DNA of 52,239 bases from a virus (Duplodnaviria; Heunggongvirae; Uroviricota; Caudoviricetes): the IMG/VR virus record IMGVR_UViG_3300006033_000017, one strand, 5' to 3'. The position numbers were made by a program, and so were the translations under genes. The notes under the pieces are model-generated. The model had not been told where the DNA came from, ran no database searches, and worked only from the letters and a program-made list of their open reading frames with translations. Positions 16,255-25,990 of this stretch are shown here, one piece after another (position 1 is the stretch's first letter; each line of letters starts with the position of its first letter).

Positions 16255-16734
16255 TCAGGCAGTAATTGCTTGATCTTGTGTACTATCAATTATCCTAGCT
16301 TGCGCTTCAATGAGTGTTTCTTCCTCTTCTGTTGGATCAGGCCCGTCAACGAATATCTCTATGACATTACCTACATGAACATCTTTCATGCATTCATCTA
16401 TAGATGCTTCAAGGCAAGACTTACACATCGGGAAACCACAAGTAACATTCCAAACAGCGGGCAGCTTCTTGCATTTTCCGCACATTACGTTGTTGGGGTT
16501 AGGGCTGGGGGTAAAACTCGTAAAGCCTTCCACCCTATCCCACAATAGATTGTCGGGCATGTCTCCGGCTTGGTTCATGGCGAAGAGCTTAGCTAGGCGG
16601 TCGGCTTCTACTTGCTTAGCGACATCCTGTTTTGGTTTTAGTTCCAAGTAATTCAAGCAATACTTGATGCCATCGATGATGAAGTTTCCGAGAGCAATCA
16701 TCAATAGTCTGATATAGTTAGTGATCTGTTTCAT
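16255..16734 (-). CDS. hypothetical protein with CxxC...CxxC zinc finger
   Basis: CGKC...CKSC. Confidence 0.65.
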   Translation of the reverse strand: MKQITNYIRLLMIALGNFIIDGIKYCLNYLELKPKQDVAKQVEADRLAKLFAMNQAGDMPDNLLWDRVEGFTSFTPSPNPNNVMCGKCKKLPAVWNVTCGFPMCKSCLEASIDECMKDVHVGNVIEIFVDGPDPTEEEETLIEAQARIIDSTQDQAITA

Positions 16735-16757
16735 GTAGTGATCCCACCATGTGGCTT

Positions 16758-17012
16758 TTATGGAGTTTGTGTGATGGGCCGGGCGACAAACTCGACGGTA
16801 GTGATTTTGTCTACTTCGACAATTTCGTAGAGTTCGGGGAATTCTTGTTGGTCTTTATATGTTTGCACTTGATGTAGTGGGGCAAGCCAAGCCTTTTCTA
16901 GATTCTTGGTAAAGCTTTTCACGGCGTTGAGGCCATAATCCAGGGATTGGGACATATAGTGTCCCGAGAATGCATCTTGTAGTGCATAGAGAGTTTCGAT
17001 GGTTGAATTCAT
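16758..17012 (-). CDS. hypothetical protein
   Basis: 84 aa, co-oriented. Confidence 0.65.
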   Translation of the reverse strand: MNSTIETLYALQDAFSGHYMSQSLDYGLNAVKSFTKNLEKAWLAPLHQVQTYKDQQEFPELYEIVEVDKITTVEFVARPITQTP

Positions 17013-17040
17013 TGTAGTGCCTTATTGTTTCTGGTGCTAA

Positions 17041-17298
17041 TTACCAGCCCGTATAATTCACTGTTCCGCGAATATCGACCCATACAATTCTCTTTATTTC
17101 TTCCGGGGAAGGGTTGTTGAGAATCCTGGTGAGGATTGATTGAGTGATGGTAAGGTCATCAGTATATGACTGCTTTTGGAAGACAGATATTGCTTCATTA
17201 AGGAGTAGACAACAAGCTTCTTTATCACCATCGAGCAATAGATCTCCGGCGCGGAGAATTGAATCGTATGCATCTAGCAATTTATGATAGTTAGACAT
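17041..17298 (-). CDS. hypothetical protein
   Basis: 85 aa, co-oriented. Confidence 0.65.
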   Translation of the reverse strand: MSNYHKLLDAYDSILRAGDLLLDGDKEACCLLLNEAISVFQKQSYTDDLTITQSILTRILNNPSPEEIKRIVWVDIRGTVNYTGW

Positions 17299-17307
17299 TG
17301 TGGTTCC

Positions 17308-17661
17308 TTATGTATTGGCAGGGTATTCTCTATTGAGATTAGCAGCGAGGTCATGAAGCCAACTAAGGCAATCAGTTATGTATGGGACTTTGTTATCGGG
17401 GTCGTAGATGACACAAATATCTATATTCTTAGGATGTATGAGGAAAGTAACCATACCAACGAGATCAGTTAGTCCTAAGTGTTCTGTGTCTGTTTGACGT
17501 ACAGCACAGAATCGGGTGCCCCATTTTACTTCATCCTCAAACTGTCTAAACTTAGCCCAATTGGTAACTTCTTCGATGAAGCTACCTTGATCGTTAGCTA
17601 TAAAAGGCTCTTCAAATTGAAAGCCCTTGGAGTGATCAGTGTAGAGCTTTTGCGTTGTCAT
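17308..17661 (-). CDS. hypothetical protein
   Basis: 117 aa, ATGA overlap with upstream ORF. Confidence 0.7.
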   Translation of the reverse strand: MTTQKLYTDHSKGFQFEEPFIANDQGSFIEEVTNWAKFRQFEDEVKWGTRFCAVRQTDTEHLGLTDLVGMVTFLIHPKNIDICVIYDPDNKVPYITDCLSWLHDLAANLNREYPANT

Positions 17662-18074
17662 GATGTGCCTTCTTCGGGGGGCGGCTTTGGTGCCGAGACT
17701 TCGTAGCCACCATTATTGAAGTCAATGATGAAGTCGTGGCCTGTTTGTTCCCAATCGATTTTGTAGCCCCGTTTAGCTAAGCAGTTTCTCGCTGCTTGTC
17801 TACGTTCGGAGTCGAATTCAGAAGTAGCTGTGAGCATATAGCTTTCCACAGTAGTTGGTTCTCTTACTGTTCCGGTACGGAGTGCTTCTTGCCACGCGGT
17901 TTCTGCTTCATGGGTGTTCGAAGCTTGGGCGTCAAGTCTTTTGGTGATACGGCGATGTTCGGCCTTAGATATACCGTGAGGGTAGTTAAGTGCGCCGTGG
18001 TCATCGCCGAGCAATGATTTATTGTGGTCACGAGCCCATTGGACCATGAATTGTGATCTAGTCAAGATTTGCAT
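17658..18074 (-). CDS. hypothetical protein
   Basis: probable start MQILT. Confidence 0.65.
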   Translation of the reverse strand: MQILTRSQFMVQWARDHNKSLLGDDHGALNYPHGISKAEHRRITKRLDAQASNTHEAETAWQEALRTGTVREPTTVESYMLTATSEFDSERRQAARNCLAKRGYKIDWEQTGHDFIIDFNNGGYEVSAPKPPPEEGTS

Positions 18075-18084
18075 AGTTTGTGAC

Positions 18085-18402
18085 CTATAGTTTCCGGCGC
18101 TGACTAGTCCAATATTGGGGTGGGGGCTGATATTCCTCGCAATAAATAGCAAGCCATGTATCCATGACCCAATCTTTAACGGCGTCAATAGCATCCCGAG
18201 CAGCATCGTTGGGGTGATTAGGAGAAACGAGTTCCATTAGCTGATAGACGAGAGGGAACTGTCTATAATCAGGGGTGCCTGGGAAGCTTTTGATGCGTGC
18301 AAGTTCTAAGGCTTTGACTTCAGGGATGAGTTGCGTAGCATTATCATTAATGAAGCTTTTGACTCTTAGATTTCTAGTTGCGAGGATTGGGCATTCACTC
18401 AT
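18085..18402 (-). CDS. hypothetical protein
   Basis: probable start MSEC after GAAGAG. Confidence 0.65.
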   Translation of the reverse strand: MSECPILATRNLRVKSFINDNATQLIPEVKALELARIKSFPGTPDYRQFPLVYQLMELVSPNHPNDAARDAIDAVKDWVMDTWLAIYCEEYQPPPQYWTSQRRKL

Positions 18403-18425
18403 TGGTATCTCTTCTTTTATCAGGC

Positions 18426-18659
18426 TCAGGCAGGGAATGATAGGCCGGTGAGTGTTTCCCATTCATCGCGATAGACGACGTAGAATTTGGTTTGGAAGGC
18501 AACGCATTCTATGCCACCTTCCATCCAGTTATCTCTAACCTTCCAAGCATCGTAGGGGGTATCATATGATTTGCCACCCATAATAGATTCTTTGGGTAGG
18601 ATGGTAACTTCATAGCAATTGTAGTCGGGATCGCCGACGACAAGCAGTGAATTAGTCAT
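18426..18659 (-). CDS. hypothetical protein
   Basis: probable start MTNS overlapping upstream stop. Confidence 0.6.
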   Translation of the reverse strand: MTNSLLVVGDPDYNCYEVTILPKESIMGGKSYDTPYDAWKVRDNWMEGGIECVAFQTKFYVVYRDEWETLTGLSFPA

Positions 18660-18990
18660 TGGCGACAGCCTCAGCCTTAGGGATGAACTTGAAACTGAAT
18701 TGACCATTTTGGAACAGGCATCTAGTAACAGTCCAATATTCACTGTAGACAGTGTTAAGGGCAATTTGTAGAATCTCGCTGCCATAGATGGTTAAACGAT
18801 CAGTGGTATCATCATCCACAAAGCAGGCATATGGGATTGTGGCTACTTGCAGGTTGGTATTGAAGTAGTGAGCGATCCAATGATCTATAGTCGTTTCGAT
18901 GGCGTAGACACCGATGAGATCGGCGATCTCTTCTACTTGTTTAAGTTGTTGCTCTTCGAGATACACAGGGATCTCGTCGGGTTTAATCAT
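18652..18990 (-). CDS. hypothetical protein
   Basis: 112 aa. Confidence 0.65.
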   Translation of the reverse strand: MIKPDEIPVYLEEQQLKQVEEIADLIGVYAIETTIDHWIAHYFNTNLQVATIPYACFVDDDTTDRLTIYGSEILQIALNTVYSEYWTVTRCLFQNGQFSFKFIPKAEAVAND

Positions 18991-18992
18991 AT

Positions 18993-19268
18993 CTATTCTC
19001 CAGTTGTCTTCCTCATGCTACGAAGACTTCGCCGATAGTCATGGTGGCCCACCAGGATTAGGATTATGGCAGCCGTGATATTGGTTAGGGCGTACCAAAA
19101 AGTGTGTTGGTGAGGTGGGCGAATAAAAAAGGCAGGCAGGAAGCACAAAGCCATGAGATAATGTGCGATTAGGTAAGATGTTCGGGGTTCTTCTCGGGTA
19201 TTCTTGTCCTTAATCATATATACAGTAGCGAGAATGAAAATGGTCCAAGTAATGATATGGGGGATCAT
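18993..19268 (-). CDS. small membrane protein
   Basis: three hydrophobic segments. Confidence 0.65.
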   Translation of the reverse strand: MIPHIITWTIFILATVYMIKDKNTREEPRTSYLIAHYLMALCFLPAFFIRPPHQHTFWYALTNITAAIILILVGHHDYRRSLRSMRKTTGE

Positions 19269-19808
19269 TTAGTTACTCCTTAGTGGTTGTTGCGGCTTAT
19301 TTTCTGAATCACCAGTCATACGACTACTGGTACGACTGATACCGTTTTCTGAATCTGTGTTCAGTTCTGCTGGGGATAGGGAAGTCTCAGATGGTTGTTT
19401 ACCAAGGAAGATATCAAGTAGCGAGGGTTTGCTAGCATCTACTGCTTGTGCGTGTGCTCGGCCTGTTGAGAACCAATGATCAGTAGCTTGTTGGATTAGA
19501 TCATGGATCTCAGGCGTCCATTGGCTCTCGGCAAGATTTCTCAATGTAAACTCTTTCAGGTCTTTCAAGCCCACGGTTACGGAGTTAGTAAGGAGATCAT
19601 CTTCATACCAATTCAGGTACAATTCGATTTCCACCCCGTTGTTGGTGATGTGATACCATGCTCGTTGCACTCCTGGCTTATCAAGCCGCCAAGATGTGAG
19701 GTTGAGTCTAGGTGCTTCTTTTGCCGGGGGGTTCTTAAGATCCTTGCTAGCCATATTACCTGCAATGATGACACCTATCAAGAGACACAGTGAGATAAAT
19801 AGTGCCAT
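19269..19808 (-). CDS. membrane-anchored or secreted hypothetical protein
   Basis: probable start MALF with N-terminal hydrophobic helix. Confidence 0.65.
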   Translation of the reverse strand: MALFISLCLLIGVIIAGNMASKDLKNPPAKEAPRLNLTSWRLDKPGVQRAWYHITNNGVEIELYLNWYEDDLLTNSVTVGLKDLKEFTLRNLAESQWTPEIHDLIQQATDHWFSTGRAHAQAVDASKPSLLDIFLGKQPSETSLSPAELNTDSENGISRTSSRMTGDSENKPQQPLRSN

Positions 19809-19809
19809 T

Positions 19810-20355
19810 TTAGATATCCAAATCCCGCTTGTCGTCGGCGCGGCGAAAGCCATAATCTTCAAGGAAGCTATCTTGGCCCGCATGGATAGCTTGCCAGTAT
19901 TTGTCGGGGTCGCTATATTCCTTTGCGATGAAGTAACCACTACGACCTGTATGGAATGATGGTACAAAGTCACGCCAATGTGCCGCATTCCATGTTTGGG
20001 TTAAAGAAGCACCAACTTCAGTCGCTAGTTGGTCACAAGAGAGCCATTCTTTATGAAGCAACTCTGGGATAGCAATGCTTAGGATTTCCGTTAGTCTAGC
20101 AGGCAGTGTCTCATCATCAGGCAAACGAAGCTTGATATATCCACCTACAGGGCCGGTAATACCGGGACACAACAGGGGGAGAAGATGTTCATTATGGATT
20201 GTGATGGTGGGTTGGTATGATGCATCGATATCCACGTCATCGAACTTAAAATGTCTCGTGTAAGTATCATCATCGGGGACAGGAAGACCCAATGCTTTCA
20301 ATGTAGATTTGATGGCGCTTTCGATGAAAGCGGGATTTGATCTTGAGTTATCCAT
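19810..20355 (-). CDS. hypothetical protein
   Basis: probable start MDNS, TAATG overlap with upstream ORF. Confidence 0.65.
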   Translation of the reverse strand: MDNSRSNPAFIESAIKSTLKALGLPVPDDDTYTRHFKFDDVDIDASYQPTITIHNEHLLPLLCPGITGPVGGYIKLRLPDDETLPARLTEILSIAIPELLHKEWLSCDQLATEVGASLTQTWNAAHWRDFVPSFHTGRSGYFIAKEYSDPDKYWQAIHAGQDSFLEDYGFRRADDKRDLDI

Positions 20356-20831
20356 TACCAATTCCTTTGCTTCTTGAGTCTGTCGCAGGCATTCGCACAA
20401 ACAGTTGACGCATAGAGTAAGATGAGAATCGAGCCACCTATGAGCAAGAGACCTTCAGCGAAGCGTTTACAGCCTTGAAGAATGAGGACTGACCTAGCAA
20501 CTTTGGGTTCTGGCTTAGGTGCTTCAACTTGTGGGATTTGCTCAATGCGATGGATAAAGTGCCGAGTTGAGAATTCGAGTTGTGTTCCATTGACTGTAAC
20601 AAAAAGCGTTTCATATATGTCGCCATTATTGGCAATTGCAACATCGGAACAGTCATATGCTACGGTTTCGTTGTTATTACGGTCAGTGATGGTAACATGG
20701 AACTTGTTAGTTGCGGGTCCTGGTGTCGTCGGGGTTGTGAAATGCAGAAACAAAGGGACAGCGAAGCTCAAGAGAATAAAGCCACCACCGAAGGCAAGCT
20801 TTTCAAGAGGATTCAGCGATTTCATGTTCAA
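20355..20831 (-). CDS. membrane protein with TMs at both ends
   Basis: hydrophobic segments near N and C termini. Confidence 0.65.
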   Translation of the reverse strand: MNMKSLNPLEKLAFGGGFILLSFAVPLFLHFTTPTTPGPATNKFHVTITDRNNNETVAYDCSDVAIANNGDIYETLFVTVNGTQLEFSTRHFIHRIEQIPQVEAPKPEPKVARSVLILQGCKRFAEGLLLIGGSILILLYASTVCANACDRLKKQRNW

Positions 20832-20848
20832 ATCTCCTTAGTGAATTC

Positions 20849-21358
20849 TTATGACTCAATTAGGTTAGCGGAGGCGCAGGCAGCAAGGATTCTATCCCGA
20901 CGTTGATGATATTGTGGCAACGTTTTGGGGCGAGCTTCTTCTTCTGACTCCCCGCGCATTTGTGGAATGTTGTCCACAAAGTCCATTAGCTCCAGGTCGC
21001 CTACAAGGAAGCGAGTTTCCCGATCTAGTCGGTTGAGTCTATCCCTGATCTGGTCTTTAGTGTTGCGGGGCACCCAATCGATGGTTTTGTCAAGTCGTTC
21101 AACAACCTTTGGATCAGTATCGTGAATAGCTTCAAGCACTAGATCCCTGAGAGCCTGAATCGCTTTTAGCTTAGCTAGGTCTGGGAGGGAATCGTCTGTT
21201 GCCTCAAGTGACTGAAGTGCCAACTCAGTATTAACAGACAATAGAGCCATGAGATGAAAGACCGGCTCTAGCTGCTTCTTTTTCTCATCCATCATTGTTC
21301 TGAGGTTGATGATAACGTGTTCCATGATTATGCTTTCTCGGGATTTCTTGCGCGCCAA
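20849..21358 (-). CDS. hypothetical helical protein
   Basis: 169 aa; start uncertain. Confidence 0.6.
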   Translation of the reverse strand: MARKKSRESIIMEHVIINLRTMMDEKKKQLEPVFHLMALLSVNTELALQSLEATDDSLPDLAKLKAIQALRDLVLEAIHDTDPKVVERLDKTIDWVPRNTKDQIRDRLNRLDRETRFLVGDLELMDFVDNIPQMRGESEEEARPKTLPQYHQRRDRILAACASANLIES

Positions 21359-21717
21359 GCATTATAGTGGATCATGAAGTTTTCGTTGTTGTTGGGTTCA
21401 GTCACTTCACCGTCATACTCTGTCTTAGCCCAATCCTCAGGGTTCCACTTATTGTCGAGCCAATCGAGATAAATGATAGTACCTTCAGGTCCCATATCTT
21501 TAGAATCGTACTGTAGACTCAGGGCATAAGTGATGGATTTCACTAGGTGCTGAGTATTGTTATTCCCAGGGAAGTGTTCAAAGACACCTTTGATCCACAT
21601 ATCATAGACATGGAAGATCATAACACGATCAGGATCGCCGGGCACGGTTCGCTTTACGAAGTCATCCTTAGTGAAGGGCAAGTCAGGCATATCAACTGAA
21701 ACAGTGAATGTTAGCAT
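21328..21717 (-). CDS. hypothetical protein
   Basis: 129 aa. Confidence 0.65.
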   Translation of the reverse strand: MLTFTVSVDMPDLPFTKDDFVKRTVPGDPDRVMIFHVYDMWIKGVFEHFPGNNNTQHLVKSITYALSLQYDSKDMGPEGTIIYLDWLDNKWNPEDWAKTEYDGEVTEPNNNENFMIHYNAWRARNPEKA

Positions 21718-21738
21718 GATTGTAATCTTCCCATTATC

Positions 21739-22203
21739 TCAGCAGTTGGAATCGGGAACCCAGTCCTTTTCAAACATTTCGTCGCGCATATCAAAGAGGT
21801 GCTTCCACGTCTCGCGCCAATACTCGGGGAGATTTGATGGGGGTCCGTAGTAAACCTCAAATCCTACTTCGCGATTGATCTTGTCCCAGCGGTCGGCGCA
21901 GGCTTTGATTTCGGCATTGAAGTCTGCTTCATATTGTGCTGCCCAAGGCGGCACCCAGCCGCCCTCCATATAGCTATCTACCAAGCATTTGATGTCTTCG
22001 TGGATCGGGCTAGTCTTATCACCAGAACTCCAGAAGACAAGACACTGCTCATCATTTTGCCAAGACAAATCAAGTTTCAGCTTGCCTTCTTGTCCATTGA
22101 TGACAACCGGGAATTCGTGTGTTCTAGTTTTCTCGGTCAAACTTTCGATCTCGGTATAGAGATCCTTGATGCGCTTTTCCAATTCGTTACGCGGCTCGCC
22201 CAT
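21739..22203 (-). CDS. hypothetical protein
   Basis: 154 aa. Confidence 0.7.
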   Translation of the reverse strand: MGEPRNELEKRIKDLYTEIESLTEKTRTHEFPVVINGQEGKLKLDLSWQNDEQCLVFWSSGDKTSPIHEDIKCLVDSYMEGGWVPPWAAQYEADFNAEIKACADRWDKINREVGFEVYYGPPSNLPEYWRETWKHLFDMRDEMFEKDWVPDSNC

Positions 22204-22213
22204 GTGATTTCCT

Positions 22214-22603
22214 TTAGTATCGATCTCGGGGTAAGTTGATTGCGGCGGCGATCTTATCTAGGACGTGAATAGATGAGTTGCCGCCAAGCCTCTCTGCGTG
22301 TTTGATATCATCGCATGAGACCCCGGCGATCTGTGCTACAGTGTCTTGTTCCAACCCTAAACTGAGCCGCTGGCGCAAGAACGTGCGAGCGGGCTCGGCG
22401 CGATCATGGACAATGCACGCATAGTCATACTCTTCCATTTGCTCCCAGAAAAGAGTATCCGCACCCCATCGAGCGAAGACTTCCTCGAAGGTCATTTGTC
22501 TACCAGCCGCCTCAGACTTCAGCAAACCTACGTTATCTTGGCTTCGGACGAACGTTTTGGTACCGTACTTAACGATGATTTGCTCTTTGGTCAAGGGTTC
22601 CAT
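22214..22603 (-). CDS. XRE-family helix-turn-helix protein
   Basis: LRQRLSLGLEQDTVAQIAGVSCDDIKHAERLG..SSIHVLDKIAAAINL. Confidence 0.8.
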   Translation of the reverse strand: MEPLTKEQIIVKYGTKTFVRSQDNVGLLKSEAAGRQMTFEEVFARWGADTLFWEQMEEYDYACIVHDRAEPARTFLRQRLSLGLEQDTVAQIAGVSCDDIKHAERLGGNSSIHVLDKIAAAINLPRDRY

Positions 22604-22616
22604 ACTAATTAGCCTT

Positions 22617-22991
22617 TCAGGAGTATTGTGTTACAAATTCTTCCAGAGCGCTATAGGTTAGTTCTCTTGCCTCATTGATATCTTTGGCGTTCATCTTCAT
22701 GAGGTGTTCACCTAGTGCTTGAAAGAGTGTAAGGTCTTTGGCTAGTGAGGTAAAGTAATCCCAATGGCTTCCTCCGTCCAACCCATTCATATAGAAGAAG
22801 AGTGACCATGGTTTCTCAGGGGATGTTGGGCGTCCCGAGATACTAATTTCACCATGAAAGCGAGGACTACTGAGCGATGTGTTGACGCTACCCGTATCCT
22901 TGTGTTTCTGGTACACAATTGTTCTGTCGTCACTTATTTGGAATGTATGAACAATGTACTCAAGGTCATCATCATCAAATTGATCAGCCAT
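22617..22991 (-). CDS. hypothetical protein
   Basis: 124 aa, first gene after promoter 23035-23064. Confidence 0.7.
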   Translation of the reverse strand: MADQFDDDDLEYIVHTFQISDDRTIVYQKHKDTGSVNTSLSSPRFHGEISISGRPTSPEKPWSLFFYMNGLDGGSHWDYFTSLAKDLTLFQALGEHLMKMNAKDINEARELTYSALEEFVTQYS

Positions 22992-23034
22992 TGGTTTCCT
23001 CAGGGAACGCGGCCCGAGCCGCCCCTATAACTAT

Positions 23035-23064
23035 ATGATACCACACCACACCCGCCGTTGTCAA
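23035..23064 (-). promoter_or_regulatory. sigma70-type promoter
   Basis: TTGACA-18-TATCAT, GTGTGG before -10. Confidence 0.8.
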
Positions 23065-23363
23065 CCCATATACGAGCGCACAGCTTCTAGGATATCAGCA
23101 TCATTACGGCATTCATGTGGTCTTTTGATATTTTGTGGTCTTTTGCTCGCCATCCTATCAAAGCAACCTTGCCAATACTGACTCCTCAGTTCACTCTGTT
23201 GTCTACGATACTCAGGGTCGTTATGCTGTTCTAGCTCAGTGAGGCAATAATCAATGTATGCTACGCAGAACTCTTCGATGGTATGGAGATTACCGAATTG
23301 TTTACGCAATCTAGCTACCAACTCTGGTGGTAGTGAAACACTAATTGGTTTGTGCTTACCCAT
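23061..23363 (-). CDS. hypothetical protein
   Basis: 100 aa. Confidence 0.65.
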   Translation of the reverse strand: MGKHKPISVSLPPELVARLRKQFGNLHTIEEFCVAYIDYCLTELEQHNDPEYRRQQSELRSQYWQGCFDRMASKRPQNIKRPHECRNDADILEAVRSYMG

Positions 23364-23380
23364 TGTGGTCCCCCAAACAA

Positions 23381-23758
23381 CTAATCACCGCATGAATAGA
23401 ATCTAAAGCCTGCTTTTGGTCCTGGGATGGGAAGGATTGGTTTGGGATGCATAGTAACCCACATAACGGGTGGTGTTTCAAAGTTCAGATCATTGACGAG
23501 AATCTTCTGAACTCTTGTGGTAAAGGCATCACACAAAGCACTAAGGATATCGTCATCCAATTTCCCATCGATAGTTGCTTTCGCGCATAGGGTATCGAAT
23601 TGTTCTCTTAATGCGGAGAGGGCATTAATGCCGTCGATCAGTTGTTTGTAGTACAATCCTCTTTTGGGGTCTATTCGTTTCCCTGCTGCGCACATAGCTA
23701 GCAATAGTAGCCTGTCCTCTTCAGTGTCCATACCAAAAGTTTTATGATTAGTGAACAT
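23381..23758 (-). CDS. hypothetical protein
   Basis: probable start MFTNH. Confidence 0.65.
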   Translation of the reverse strand: MFTNHKTFGMDTEEDRLLLLAMCAAGKRIDPKRGLYYKQLIDGINALSALREQFDTLCAKATIDGKLDDDILSALCDAFTTRVQKILVNDLNFETPPVMWVTMHPKPILPIPGPKAGFRFYSCGD

Positions 23759-23759
23759 A

Positions 23760-23951
23760 TCAGGTCCCTTGTGCTGCAATTCGTTTAGCGCGGCTGATGC
23801 GCCGCCGGGCCGCATAGATCATGTCTGTCATGTCATTGTTGAGCTTTTGGGTGCCTAGTCGGATCGAAGAGGTATCAAGAGCAGCAAGTTCCCCGTCGGT
23901 AATCTTGCTATTCATAGCCCTATCGTAGATATCGCGCCAATTAGTAACCAT
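23760..23951 (-). CDS. hypothetical protein
   Basis: probable start MVTNW after AGGA. Confidence 0.6.
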   Translation of the reverse strand: MVTNWRDIYDRAMNSKITDGELAALDTSSIRLGTQKLNNDMTDMIYAARRRISRAKRIAAQGT

Positions 23952-23965
23952 CAGTTCTTGTCCTT

Positions 23966-24418
23966 TTATACTTGGGTGCCGCCACAGTGAGCAGCAAGGA
24001 GCTTGAACATCATTTTGCACCCGCCATCGACTAGGGAGTCCCAATAGGAACGAGCACTTTGTTGGTCTGGGAAGTAGAAGTCAAGTTCATCGTCATCCAT
24101 GCCTGCAAGATAAACTCGCCACTGAGTCTTGTCTTCTTCATTCTCGCGTTTAACTTCCAATTTCAGTAACGCTACGATTTCATTACCGGGGAAGTTGCAC
24201 CATTGATCGGTAACGACCAGGAACTTCATATCAACATTTGAAACACTTCGTGTGAAGTCAAACCTATACAGATCATCAGATAGTCTTCGTAGGCTTTTCA
24301 AGGCTTTTCTTACAGCGTGAGCTTCACCGTCAAATTGGGTCTTTTCGTCTACTTCTTCTAGCGCAGTCCGAATATCACGAATATGGGTAAAGATCTCATC
24401 TAGTGTATGGTGGGTCAT
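23966..24418 (-). CDS. hypothetical protein
   Basis: 150 aa. Confidence 0.7.
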   Translation of the reverse strand: MTHHTLDEIFTHIRDIRTALEEVDEKTQFDGEAHAVRKALKSLRRLSDDLYRFDFTRSVSNVDMKFLVVTDQWCNFPGNEIVALLKLEVKRENEEDKTQWRVYLAGMDDDELDFYFPDQQSARSYWDSLVDGGCKMMFKLLAAHCGGTQV

Positions 24419-24813
24419 CAGTTCTTGTCTTTCTCAATTTGAATGATTGCCATTGTGAGCATTCGCATAATCTTAGGAAACAAGTCTCCGTAATTGTCTA
24501 CATATTGTGTGAACTCAACCATCCATGGGTTCTTTAGAGAATAGCGACTAATCCTTCGATGAAGTTCGCCATCTTCTGGTACGGACCAAGAGACTTGGAG
24601 AATAGCGATTTGGGTTGCACCTGATATATAACCCACAAAGATATTGGGTGAACCTTCGGGCCGCCAAGAAGTGATTTGTCCACCTTGGAATTCAGTATGT
24701 TCACCTTCATATAGATCAGTGAGTGTGGTCTGAATTTCTAGTTCACATTGCGCGGGCAGGCCCTTCTCGTATTCGGCGCGGAATGCGTCGTAGAGTATTT
24801 GGAACCTTGACAT
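24418..24813 (-). CDS. hypothetical protein
   Basis: 131 aa. Confidence 0.7.
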   Translation of the reverse strand: MSRFQILYDAFRAEYEKGLPAQCELEIQTTLTDLYEGEHTEFQGGQITSWRPEGSPNIFVGYISGATQIAILQVSWSVPEDGELHRRISRYSLKNPWMVEFTQYVDNYGDLFPKIMRMLTMAIIQIEKDKN

Positions 24814-24824
24814 AGTGATCTCCT

Positions 24825-25214
24825 TTACTTTTGCTCAACAGGCTTAGTGGTACCCGAAAATTCGAGCTTAATACTGGGGGTGTCATCTTTCTTGGTGGGA
24901 ATAATCGTGAGAACAGCATGGTTGAGCTTCATTACTGTATCGGTATCATTACTACGGATTTCTTCCCAGTTATCAGCCTTGAGCGTGTTGACCATTTCCT
25001 GTCTTGCTGCTTGGCTCTTAGTAAGATGGGCTTGCTCCTTAACAGACTGATTCTTCAGATCTGTTGTGACAAGACTACCAACGCTCACAACTACAATAAG
25101 CCCACCAATAATGAGGAGCCAAAGACCCCAAACATTACTATCATCTAGGAGCTTACCGGCAACGAGGCACAATACAATACCAATGACGAGAATAACCCAT
25201 AGAGCAGCAATCAT
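24825..25214 (-). CDS. 2-TM membrane protein, paralog family member 3
   Basis: two TMs; LKADN...IKLEFS. Confidence 0.75.
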   Translation of the reverse strand: MIAALWVILVIGIVLCLVAGKLLDDSNVWGLWLLIIGGLIVVVSVGSLVTTDLKNQSVKEQAHLTKSQAARQEMVNTLKADNWEEIRSNDTDTVMKLNHAVLTIIPTKKDDTPSIKLEFSGTTKPVEQK

Positions 25215-25223
25215 TGTATACTC

Positions 25224-25715
25224 CTACAAATCTCGAATGTGAGAGAACGGTACGGTATGCACGAATCCGTCGTCATCCGCAACTAGAGCCCAAAAGGAAC
25301 CAAATACAGTCTCGCTTTGATAGCTCCCAATGAATCCTTGTCCCCAGTTGTGTTGGGGGTTATTTGGGTCAGGGGGAAGGACTTGAACAGGCATTTTGTA
25401 CTCATAGAGATCGAAGTCCCCTATATTATCAATGAAGGGGCCATTATCCATAATATCAAGACGGATTAGAACATCATCTTCACTAAAGGGCGGAATGTCA
25501 AGATTAACATTGCCGACTTCTTCAATAGTGATACCTTCTTCCTCGGCAATGGTTTCGCGGAGTGAATCCTCAGTCTCTTTACGGAATTCTTTGGACCATC
25601 CCAAGAGTGCGATACGTCTAATTTCGTCTCGAAGATCCCTTGATGACAACTGAGCCAGATCGCCGGTGAGAATCATTGAGCCGTCAGGACCAGCGCAGCC
25701 AATATAGATTTTCAT
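25224..25715 (-). CDS. hypothetical protein
   Basis: 163 aa. Confidence 0.7.
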   Translation of the reverse strand: MKIYIGCAGPDGSMILTGDLAQLSSRDLRDEIRRIALLGWSKEFRKETEDSLRETIAEEEGITIEEVGNVNLDIPPFSEDDVLIRLDIMDNGPFIDNIGDFDLYEYKMPVQVLPPDPNNPQHNWGQGFIGSYQSETVFGSFWALVADDDGFVHTVPFSHIRDL

Positions 25716-25726
25716 GTTGGTTATCC

Positions 25727-25987
25727 TTATGCTTCGGGGAGTAGATTTTCCATCAATTTGATGCCAGCAGTAGAGATACCAATAAGTTTCAATGGTTTTA
25801 GGCCCACGCCAAGACGGATCACTACGCTTCCGTATTGGATCAGACCCATAATCTCATATAGATCTCCCGGTGCGGTGGCGATCTTATCAATATCATGAAA
25901 GTCGCGGTGGTGCTTGTATAATTCTTCCAGAAGTTCCATGCCTCTATTGGAGATCATGACTACCCTGTTATCAGTTGTTTTTCGCAT
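25727..25987 (-). CDS. hypothetical protein
   Basis: 86 aa. Confidence 0.65.
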   Translation of the reverse strand: MRKTTDNRVVMISNRGMELLEELYKHHRDFHDIDKIATAPGDLYEIMGLIQYGSVVIRLGVGLKPLKLIGISTAGIKLMENLLPEA

Positions 25988-25990
25988 TAG

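Noticed and set aside
22214-22603. XRE protein as a lysogeny repressor
   Set aside because: No integrase, peptidase domain or divergent cro arrangement nearby
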